A DNA stretch of 64,000 bases, taken from positions 1,940-65,939 of the forward strand of contig CAMDEX010000003.1 of NCBI GenBank assembly GCA_945897075.1, written 5' to 3'. The position numbers were made by a program, and so were the translations under genes. The notes under the pieces are model-generated. The model did not search any database. It had not been told where the DNA came from and was given only the letters and a program-made list of their open reading frames with translations. Origin of the DNA: Litorilinea aerophila. GTDB taxonomy: Bacteria; Chloroflexota; Anaerolineae; Caldilineales; Caldilineaceae. Of the stretch, positions 1 to 7,244 are shown piece after piece; the stretch's first letter is position 1; every line of letters begins with the position of its first letter.

Positions 1-62
1 TAAACACGAGAATCGATGAGTTCAACAAGACAGGCGTACTCGGATCAGAAGGTCTGAATGCC

Positions 63-1985
63 GTGGCTGATGCCACGGCACTAATCAGCCATTTAGTTGA
101 TGTCGTTGAAGGAGGCATCAACATCAATGTCGGGCTGGATAAAGCCACTCTTAAAATGGCCGAAGATTGGGGAGCTATCATCAATGCAGCGCCCGAAAAA
201 TGGCAACACTCACTAGGCATCTTGATCAAATCGCTGGGAGTGGTGGGTTCTGATTTGTCGGGCAAGATTGTCAGCGATTTGATCAAAGTCGAGACCAAGG
301 TGGCTGGCGATATTCAAGGAATTGGAGAGCAGGTGCGCTGCACTGTGGACTACGCTGGTCAAAAGATCGATGAGACCGCTTCAACCGCTGGCCCCAGATT
401 TGTCGCCAGCATTTTACCATTCCTTGGCTCGGTGTATGAGAAAAATCTCACGATTGCACAGATTCCAGGCGTCTGCGTGATCACCCCGTTTCAAATTCAG
501 TTAGTTTGGAAAGATGGCGTGCTTGTCCCCGACGATGTGTCGCAGGTGATCGACATCTCAGGATTCAACATTTCTAATGAGAACCTGCCGAAAATTGAAA
601 TCTTCCCGGAAGACGAGAATAAACCACCTTACCCAATCCCATTATCTGCCATACGGACAACGAATTATCATCTTGCTGTGAACCTACAAGGAGGGGGCAA
701 GGACTACACAAAAGTTGCGCCCGGTGCCGTGCTGGTCATCAAATGGTCCGATGCTGTGCCCGATCTGGTATTCCGTAAGATAATTCTTGTCGAATCACCA
801 TGCTATTCACGGGCGAGTTTCACTGCCAACACTCAACAAGGCAACGCGCCGTTACGTGTTCAATTCATCGACCATTCGTCTTGTAATCCGACTACCCGCG
901 CCTGGGAGTTCATTCCTCCCGGGGAGTTTGGTAGCGTCGGAACATCAGACGATGAAACACCCACGTACGATTTCGACATCCCAGGGGTATGGACAGTCAA
1001 ACTGACTGTCGACAACGCCTTTCATCGGACTGATACCATTGTAATGACAGACTTTATCACCGTCACTCTGCCACTTCCTCCTGTACCTGCTTTTGTTGCG
1101 GATAAAACAGTCGGCGAGGTGCCGCTAGATGTCCAATTCACCGGCGAGTCCACGGGCAATCCTGGATCATGGCTGTGGGAGTTCAGTGACGGTCAGAAGT
1201 CGACTGATCAGTCACCGTCAGTTACATTTTCAAATCCTGGTTTCATTACAGTTCGTCTTACTGTAAAGGATGCATATAACCAGCCAGGACAGACGGAAGT
1301 GCCTAGTTACATTACTGTGAGTCCGCCGCCGCCGCCTGTGCCCGATTTTGTTGCGGATCAAACAGTCGGCGAGGGGTCGCTAAATGTCCAATTCACCGGC
1401 CAGTCCACGGGCGATCCCGTGTCGTGGCTATGGGAATTCGGTGACGGTCAACAATCCACTGACCGCAATCCAAAAGTCACATTTTCTAACGTAGGTTCCT
1501 ATACAGTTCGACTTACCGTGAAGGACAAATTCGCCCAACCAGGCGTGAAGGAAAAACCATCCTACATTGTCGTCACTGCCCCCCCCCCGCCGCTGCCTAC
1601 TGTGACGCCAACACCGGAGTTCACCTCCTACATTATCGAGGTTCATACTGGCTGTGGGGATGATACGGGCACGGACAGCCCCTTTATCATTCGTTTAGTA
1701 GGCGATCACAATTCATGGGAGAGATCTCTGGACATCCCAGACTACGAAGACCAATCTCCATGCAGTCAGGATATATACACTTACTCCATACCCACCTTGG
1801 GTAGGATCCAGTACATTGAAGTGGAGATCCCAGGAGAGGATGATTGGAGGACAGATGGGCTCGCAGTCACGGACACAAACACCGGTGAGAGGTACATCTT
1901 CAGTTGCGACGGCGTATGGGTCGGCAACGATTCCCCAGGGTGGAGAATTCGAATACCTGCTTATGGTTACTGTGACTATTATTGA
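63..1985 (+). CDS. PKD-repeat protein with C-terminal PLAT/LH2-like domain (probably 5'-truncated by the window edge)
   Basis: 640-aa ORF. Three PKD-like repeats (PLRVQFIDHSS..WEF; PLDVQFTGESTGNPGSWLWEFSDGQKS; SLNVQFTGQSTGDPVSWLWEFGDGQQS). The last ~120 aa (YIIEVHTGCGDDTGTDSPFIIRLVG...DDWRTDGLAVTD..GERYIFSCDGVWVG) fit the PLAT/LH2 pattern. The frame is open from nt 3 to the GTG at 63, so the true start may lie upstream. No signal peptide seen. Confidence 0.8.
   Translation: MADATALISHLVDVVEGGININVGLDKATLKMAEDWGAIINAAPEKWQHSLGILIKSLGVVGSDLSGKIVSDLIKVETKVAGDIQGIGEQVRCTVDYAGQKIDETASTAGPRFVASILPFLGSVYEKNLTIAQIPGVCVITPFQIQLVWKDGVLVPDDVSQVIDISGFNISNENLPKIEIFPEDENKPPYPIPLSAIRTTNYHLAVNLQGGGKDYTKVAPGAVLVIKWSDAVPDLVFRKIILVESPCYSRASFTANTQQGNAPLRVQFIDHSSCNPTTRAWEFIPPGEFGSVGTSDDETPTYDFDIPGVWTVKLTVDNAFHRTDTIVMTDFITVTLPLPPVPAFVADKTVGEVPLDVQFTGESTGNPGSWLWEFSDGQKSTDQSPSVTFSNPGFITVRLTVKDAYNQPGQTEVPSYITVSPPPPPVPDFVADQTVGEGSLNVQFTGQSTGDPVSWLWEFGDGQQSTDRNPKVTFSNVGSYTVRLTVKDKFAQPGVKEKPSYIVVTAPPPPLPTVTPTPEFTSYIIEVHTGCGDDTGTDSPFIIRLVGDHNSWERSLDIPDYEDQSPCSQDIYTYSIPTLGRIQYIEVEIPGEDDWRTDGLAVTDTNTGERYIFSCDGVWVGNDSPGWRIRIPAYGYCDYY
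1078..1560 (+). repeat. tandem duplication of a ~240-nt PKD-domain coding unit
   Basis: 1078-1320 and 1320-1560 align at nucleotide level (cctgt.cc.g.ttttgttgcggat.aaacagtcggcgagg..cgcta.atgtccaattcaccggc.agtccacgggc.atcc...). Confidence 0.85.
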
Positions 1986-2080
1986 TTGCCTTATCGGCGA
2001 CCACGTCTATGGCACCCATGGGCAACCAGTGTCGCAGCCATTGCCTATGAAATGCGAACCGTCGAAATTCAGCTACCGCT

Positions 2081-2404
2081 TTGATTTGGCAAATCTCAAT
2101 CGAGCTGTGCCGCTCCGAATTGGGCATGCGTCAGTACGTGAGTGCAGACCTTAACCCAACGATTCCTTATGGAGCAGGCAAACATCATTATGTCCTGCAA
2201 ATCGATCTATACGGACACAATGTGGATTGGGAAGCGGAATCTTACGTTAAAGCAAACATCGATTGGGCGGGCGACTACGTCCTTACAAGCCCACGCGAAA
2301 GTCATTTCTTTGAACCGGGTGATCGAATGGGATTGGTGAGAAAGGCCAAGCACCGGCTGGTCGACCAGCCGGTGCTTGGTCATCTTCCGGCAGATAATTC
2401 CTGA
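2081..2404 (+). CDS. hypothetical protein (weak call)
   Basis: 107-aa ORF in the low-G+C spacer. No recognisable domain and no clear Shine-Dalgarno. Contains a 34-bp perfect palindrome near its 3' end. Confidence 0.2.
   Translation: MIWQISIELCRSELGMRQYVSADLNPTIPYGAGKHHYVLQIDLYGHNVDWEAESYVKANIDWAGDYVLTSPRESHFFEPGDRMGLVRKAKHRLVDQPVLGHLPADNS
2346..2379. repeat. 34-bp perfect palindrome
   Basis: ccaagcaccggctggtc|gaccagccggtgcttgg. Confidence 0.9.
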
Positions 2405-2516
2405 CAAACTCTTAAGATAGGACAAGTCGCAGATCCGCACTAGTTTATGGAGCTACACAATTTGAGCCATGTCCAAAATCCCTATACTTTCTCCGGCGAT
2501 TTGAAAGGAGATTGAT

Positions 2517-2780
2517 ATGTCATCCATTGTATCTCGACATCAATTCACCAGTAATGGATGGGAAACCATTGAAAATGCCTGGAATATCCCCGCCCGAAGA
2601 ATTTGTATAGCCCCTTTACTACCATTGCGTGTCAAGACGACCTTTATTGTCACGGCAAGTTCTTCCAATGGATGTATCGAATATGGTGGAGGTGTTTCGA
2701 TTGCATTCCAACGTGTTCAGGCAAAAGGACAGAAAGGCCAAACGATTCAAGTTGTGCAAACCCTTCCACTTGCACGTTAA
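2517..2780 (+). CDS. hypothetical small protein
   Basis: 87-aa ORF preceded by a good Shine-Dalgarno (GAAAGGAGATTGAT-ATG). No recognisable domain. Confidence 0.4.
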   Translation: MSSIVSRHQFTSNGWETIENAWNIPARRICIAPLLPLRVKTTFIVTASSSNGCIEYGGGVSIAFQRVQAKGQKGQTIQVVQTLPLAR

Positions 2781-3028
2781 CAAATGTCAGCTATAGCAAA
2801 CCCACTTTGAAAAACGGAGTTTCGTAGGGCAGATTTCTTAACTGCCAGTAGTGGGAGAGATGAATATCTGCCCTATAAAACTCCTGGTTGTAATGGATCT
2901 TTGCTATTGAATGCACATCATCGCGCTTGGATTTAGGACAAGTTTCTGCAGAAAGCATTTGGATAGATCCACACGGATTCACGCCGGTTTCGCCAGGAGA
3001 TTGCATTGCTGCATTACAGGTGGATTAA

Positions 3029-3220
3029 CAAAGATGTGCAAATACTGACAACGACGCACACTCCCAACTCTTCACCCTGCGTCTCTGGCGCGCCGCGGAA
3101 GAGACCGACGCGCGCGCTCCCTATATGCAGATGCACCACGCGCTCACGCTGCCAGGATATGCTCCAATCAAACCAGGAGAACACCTTGCGCGTCCGCTGC
3201 CGCGCGCAGGGCGTCGGTGA
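3029..3220 (+). pseudogene. start-less, decayed paralogue of the small protein encoded at 3353-3568
   Basis: nt 3061-3150 align with nt 3391-3480 (ctcccaactcttcacc[c/g]tgcgtctctggcgcg...tatatgcag). Translation is ..SQLFTLRLWRAAEETDARAPYMQMHH.. versus SQLFTVRLWRDTEQSDAPAPYMQVRH. There is no start codon upstream in frame (stop at 3026-3028). Confidence 0.5.
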
Positions 3221-3352
3221 AACCTGCGCGTGAAAATAGGGCAAAGATTGGACGGGCTTATCCTCCGCCCCAACCGCATAGAACGCCTTTAGAACGCTCA
3301 CCCTGTCATCATAGCGCCAGTGCTGCGCAGATGGAGAAACGGGGAGACGCCA

Positions 3353-3568
3353 ATGCCCGACGAAACCGCTCCACCCCAACCCCAACCCCGCTCCCAACTC
3401 TTCACCGTGCGTCTCTGGCGCGACACGGAACAGAGCGACGCGCCCGCCCCATATATGCAGGTGCGCCACGTGCTGACCGGAGAGACGCGCTACTTCAGCA
3501 CCTGGCCGCCGGTTATTGCGTATCTGTTGAGCAAGCTGGATTCCCTGCCTTTGCCCGAAGAAACGTGA
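3353..3568 (+). CDS. small conserved-looking hypothetical protein (71 aa)
   Basis: ATG at 3353 has GGGGAG 7 nt upstream (the ORF track starts at the GTG at 3320). Sequence ..LFTVRLWRD...YMQVRHVLTGETRYFSTWPPVIAYLLSKL. A decayed duplicate lies just upstream. No named domain recognised. Confidence 0.55.
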   Translation: MPDETAPPQPQPRSQLFTVRLWRDTEQSDAPAPYMQVRHVLTGETRYFSTWPPVIAYLLSKLDSLPLPEET

Positions 3569-3657
3569 AGTGAGCAGTGAGCAGTGAACAGTGAACAGTA
3601 CTCGTGAAGACTACTTACTGATTACTGATTACTGTTCACTGATAACTGATAACTGAC
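3565..3657. repeat. palindromic short-tandem-repeat (STR) hairpin, unit TGARCAG / CTGWTHA (7 nt)
   Basis: cgTGAAGTGAGCAGTGAGCAGTGAACAGTGAACAGTA..loop..TTACTGATTACTGATTACTGTTCACTGATAACTGATAACTGAC. It begins at the stop codon of the 71-aa gene. The arms are only partly complementary. Confidence 0.8.
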
Positions 3658-3694
3658 GTGTGGCGCATTCTATTTTCCCACAGGAGGAAACCGT

Positions 3695-6600
3695 ATGAAA
3701 CGCATTGCCCGTTGGTACAAAATCGTGTTTGTGCTGGCCGCCTTGCTCGTCATCGGGCGGGGTATCCAGCTTGCCCAGGCCGCGCCGCCAGCCGATGACG
3801 ACATAGACGCCCTGATCGCCAATGCCGAGAGCGCCGCGCCCACAGCCATCGCCCAGGACGCCACGATTCTGGGCTGGGACGACGACGGGATGGCAACGGT
3901 CGTCCTGCGCGAGGGCACGAACGGGTGGACTTGTCTCACCGATTGGCCCGTCTCGCCGGGCAACGATCCCCAGTGCAATGATACCGTCTGGCAGGAGTTT
4001 AGCAAAGCCTTCGGCGCTGGCGAAGAACCGGAGATTGACGGCACGGGCATCGCCTATATGCTGGCTGGCGGCAGTGATCCCAGCAATACCGACCCGATGG
4101 CGATGCAGCCAGCCGCGGGCGAGGATTGGGTGACATCACCGCCCCACATTATGTTTCTCATGCCCGACGGCTTTGACGCTGACTTCTTCTCCACCACTCC
4201 CAGCGACAGCGTGCCTTACATTATGTGGGACGGCACGCCCTACGAACATCTGATGGTTCCGGTAGTGGCGATTACAGCCGAACAGATGGGCGACGTCAGC
4301 GATGAGATGATGAGCGCGATGAGTGCGGCCCCCGCTGAGATTGCCATGAATGCCATAATTATGGGCAACCCGGAAAAAGCTGGCGACCCGAAGGTTGTGC
4401 TGCAAGAAGGGACGAATGGCTGGGTCTGCTATCCCGACCGGGCGGTTTCGCCGGGTGACGATCCCATGTGCAATGACGCCACGATGGATGCTGGTTTCGC
4501 CAACGGTGCGACCCGGGATGTGTCTGGCCCCGGCCTCGGCTATATGCTGGCTGGCGGCAGCGACGAGAGCAACACCGACCCCATGGCCAGCGGCCCTGCC
4601 GAGGGCGAAGAGTGGGTCACCACCCCGTCCCACCTGATGTTGATGGTTCCCGGCGGCTTTGATGCCGACTACTTCAGCACCGACCACAACTCCGGCTTCC
4701 CGTACATTATGTTCGCCGGCACCGACTTCGAACATCTGATGATCCCCGTGGCCGATATGTCAGGGATGGACATGGGGCACATGCAGGACGTTGCAGCGAT
4801 GGATGACGATGCGCTGCGCACAGCGATCATGGATGCAGAATTTAAGACGTGGGATGATCTCATGGCGCATGACGTGGACGCAACCAGGGCAGAGATCGCC
4901 GAAGATTTCATCATGATCAACCCCGACGGGGACAGGCTCGGTCGCGAGGATTTACTGGATATAGTCGGTGATATGGCATTGACTTTTGAGAAGCCGGTTC
5001 GTGACAATATCGTGGTTTGGCGTCTCGGACCCGACACGGCGATAATCGTCTATGTGATCGAATACAACGGTAGCTACGACGGCGATGCATTCTCCGGTAA
5101 TGAAGAAACTGCTTCCATCTGGCAGGTGCGCGATGGCCGCTGGCAGAACATTTTCCTGCAAAGCACACGGCGTACCGCCGCCATAGAGTTGGCAAAGCGC
5201 ATTGCCAACGCCGAGAGCGCGGCCCCGTCAGCCATCGCCCAGGACGCCACGATTATCGATTGGGCCGAGGACGGCAGCCCCACTGTCGTCCTGCGCGAGG
5301 GCACAAACGGCTGGAGCTGCGTCACCGACTGGCCGGTCTCGCCTGGCAACGATCCCCAGTGCAACGATCCTACCTGGCAGAAGTTTAGCAAAGCCTTTGG
5401 TGGGGGCGAGGAGCCAGAGATTGACGGTCCGGGCATCGCCTATATGTTGGCTGGCGGCAGCGACCCATCCAACACCGATCCAATGGCGATGCAACCGGCA
5501 GAGGGTGAGGAGTGGATCACCACCCCGCCCCACATTATGCTTCTCATGCCCGGTGGCTTTGACGCAGACCTCTTCCCCACCGAACCCAAGCAGGACGAGC
5601 CGTATATTATGTGGGACGGCACGCCCTACGAGCATCTGATGGTGCCTGTGGTGGCGATCACAGCCGAGGAGATGGGCGACGTCGACGAGGCCCTGCATAA
5701 TACGATGAGCGCTGGTCCAACCGGCATTGCTATGAATGCCACGATTATGGGCGACCCGGAAAAGGCGGGCGACCCGATGGTTGTCCTGCAAGAGGGGACG
5801 AATGGGTGGGTCTGCTATCCGGACGGACTTGGCTCTCCAGGCAACGACCCGGCCTGTTTTGACGCCATCACCGATGCAGGCTTTGGGGGGGGTGCAACCA
5901 AAGAAGTCCCCGGACCGGGCATCTCTTATATGCTGGCGGGCGGCAGCGATCCCAGCAATACCGACCCCAGCCTGACCGCTCCTGCCGAAGGGGATGACTG
6001 GATCACCACACCAGCCCACGTGATGCTGATGGTTCCCGGCGGCTTTGATTCCACCTACTTCACTACCGACCACACCTCCGGCTTCCCCTACATTATGGTA
6101 GAAGAGTCGAATGTGGAGCATCTGATGATCCCCGTGGCCGATATGCCGGTGATGGATATGGAAGATACGCGGATAATGCTGCCCAACGGCTTCCAACCGG
6201 AAGGAATCGCTGTCGGTCAAGATGGGATGGCGTACGTAAGTTCGGTTGGCTCGGGGGCCATCTACCAAGTCGATTTGGAGACCGGTAACGGCAGCTTCCT
6301 TGTGGAACCCCAAGAGACACAGAAGGCGCTGGGGATGGTCTACGATCAGCGCACCGATCTGCTCTATGTGGCTGGTCATAGCTCTGGCAATGGGATGGTC
6401 TTCAATGGGTTGACCGGTGAACTGGTGGCGAATGTTCAGTTCACCACCGATCCCGACGGGCTGGTAAACGATGTCGCGCTGGCCGATGAGGTGGTCTACT
6501 TCACCGACTCCAATCTGCCCCTCGTCTATCGTCTGCCTCTGACAGCAGAACACCAGCCCGACCTGTCGGCCACGCAAACCATCTCGCTGACCGGCGACTT

Positions 6601-7003
6601 TGAACATCTGCCAGGGGGCATCAACGGCAACGGCATCGTCGCTACGGCTGACGGTACGACGCTGATCATCGCCCACACCGACCTGGGCAAACTCTATACG
6701 GTGGATGCAGCCAGCGGCGAGGCCACGGAGTTTGCGCTGGACGGGGAGGTGGAAATTTATCACGACGGTCTGGTTCTGGCCGGTGATACACTCTATATCG
6801 TCAACTACAACGACAAAATCTATGAGATCGCACTTGCGCCCGACTGGATGTCCGGCACACTCGTGCGCACCGTCACCGATCCAATGCTGGAGGCCCCGGC
6901 CACGGCTGCCATCTACGACGACGCGCTCTATGTGGTCAACGCGCGCTGGGACGCCGAGCAGACGCCGGATACGGAGTTCTGGCTGACCCAACTCAAGCGG
7001 TAG
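3695..7003 (+). CDS. secreted multi-domain protein: 4 copies of an uncharacterised ~160-aa two-Cys module, an NTF2/SnoaL(DUF4440)-like domain and a C-terminal SMP-30/gluconolactonase-like beta-propeller
   Basis: 1102-aa ORF with SD AGGAGG upstream and signal peptide MKRIARWYKIVFVLAALLVIGRGIQLAQA. Module signature EGTNGW.C..D...SPG.DP.C.D ... YMLAGGSD.SNTDP ... PYIM..GT..EHLM.PV occurs four times. The central region (IWQVRDGRWQNIF) is NTF2-like. The C-terminus (NGFQPEGIAVGQDG..YVS..GSGAIYQVD) is propeller-like. Confidence 0.9.
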   Translation: MKRIARWYKIVFVLAALLVIGRGIQLAQAAPPADDDIDALIANAESAAPTAIAQDATILGWDDDGMATVVLREGTNGWTCLTDWPVSPGNDPQCNDTVWQEFSKAFGAGEEPEIDGTGIAYMLAGGSDPSNTDPMAMQPAAGEDWVTSPPHIMFLMPDGFDADFFSTTPSDSVPYIMWDGTPYEHLMVPVVAITAEQMGDVSDEMMSAMSAAPAEIAMNAIIMGNPEKAGDPKVVLQEGTNGWVCYPDRAVSPGDDPMCNDATMDAGFANGATRDVSGPGLGYMLAGGSDESNTDPMASGPAEGEEWVTTPSHLMLMVPGGFDADYFSTDHNSGFPYIMFAGTDFEHLMIPVADMSGMDMGHMQDVAAMDDDALRTAIMDAEFKTWDDLMAHDVDATRAEIAEDFIMINPDGDRLGREDLLDIVGDMALTFEKPVRDNIVVWRLGPDTAIIVYVIEYNGSYDGDAFSGNEETASIWQVRDGRWQNIFLQSTRRTAAIELAKRIANAESAAPSAIAQDATIIDWAEDGSPTVVLREGTNGWSCVTDWPVSPGNDPQCNDPTWQKFSKAFGGGEEPEIDGPGIAYMLAGGSDPSNTDPMAMQPAEGEEWITTPPHIMLLMPGGFDADLFPTEPKQDEPYIMWDGTPYEHLMVPVVAITAEEMGDVDEALHNTMSAGPTGIAMNATIMGDPEKAGDPMVVLQEGTNGWVCYPDGLGSPGNDPACFDAITDAGFGGGATKEVPGPGISYMLAGGSDPSNTDPSLTAPAEGDDWITTPAHVMLMVPGGFDSTYFTTDHTSGFPYIMVEESNVEHLMIPVADMPVMDMEDTRIMLPNGFQPEGIAVGQDGMAYVSSVGSGAIYQVDLETGNGSFLVEPQETQKALGMVYDQRTDLLYVAGHSSGNGMVFNGLTGELVANVQFTTDPDGLVNDVALADEVVYFTDSNLPLVYRLPLTAEHQPDLSATQTISLTGDFEHLPGGINGNGIVATADGTTLIIAHTDLGKLYTVDAASGEATEFALDGEVEIYHDGLVLAGDTLYIVNYNDKIYEIALAPDWMSGTLVRTVTDPMLEAPATAAIYDDALYVVNARWDAEQTPDTEFWLTQLKR
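3806..4790 (+). repeat. segmental duplication, copy 1 (modules 1-2 of the 1102-aa protein)
   Basis: Clear nucleotide-level similarity to 5195-6160 (e.g. gccatcgcccaggacgccacgatt...gtcgtcctgcgcgagggcac.aacgg.tgg...ggcaacgatccccagtgcaa.ga). Confidence 0.85.
5195..6160 (+). repeat. segmental duplication, copy 2 (modules 3-4 of the 1102-aa protein)
   Basis: See copy 1. Confidence 0.85.
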
Positions 7004-7023
7004 TTCGTGACGACGGGTCACAA

Positions 7024-7074
7024 AGAGGAAAAGAGACGAGTACACCCGCGGGGTGTACTCGTTTCTTTTCCTCT
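7024..7074 (+). terminator. long hairpin after the 1102-aa gene
   Basis: agaggaaaagagacgagtacaccc-gcg-gggtgtactcgtttcttttcctct. 24-bp stem with one G:U pair. The 3' arm is U-rich. Confidence 0.6.
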
Positions 7075-7244
7075 GCTTTGCGCAAAACCCGGCCAAAAAA
7101 TGCCGCTTTACACAGCCACCCGACCTGTGCTATACTCCATCCTAACGAAGTTTCTTCGTAAACCCCTTTTTCCAATGGCATAATTGATGCGTACAACCTG
7201 CCCGCCGTCCGGGTCGTCGGGCAGGTTGCGGAAGATCCCGTCTG

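Noticed and set aside
1428-2440. Small overlapping ORFs in the low-G+C left region (787-1005, 1428-1646, 1816-2154, 1900-2127, 2142-2339, 2207-2440, 2603-2827, 2791-3006, 3006-3233, 3014-3469).
   Set aside because: They overlap the PKD/PLAT gene or each other, lack ribosome-binding sites and have no recognisable motifs.
3061-3480. Template/variable-repeat pair of a diversity-generating retroelement (the duplicated ~90-nt segment at 3061-3150 and 3391-3480).
   Set aside because: The mismatches are not adenine-specific, no reverse transcriptase gene is nearby, and one copy is simply a decayed paralogue.
5228-7096. Very long ORFs antisense to, or out of frame with, genes that have clear domain content. 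Examples: 5228-7096(-), 7248-9134(-), 51626-53512(-), 17939-18958(-), 38368-39297(-), 39393-40709(-), 42573-43658(-), 44072-45094(-), 30509-31861(-), 26179-27216(-), 10159-11586(+), 35577-36872(-), 53573-54598(-), 59261-60658(+), 62233-63375(+), 33956-34963(+).
   Set aside because: They overlap ORFs with recognisable conserved motifs on the other strand or frame. Their translations are Arg/Gly/Ala/Pro/His-rich low-complexity strings, typical of shadow ORFs in high-G+C DNA. No domains were recognised.
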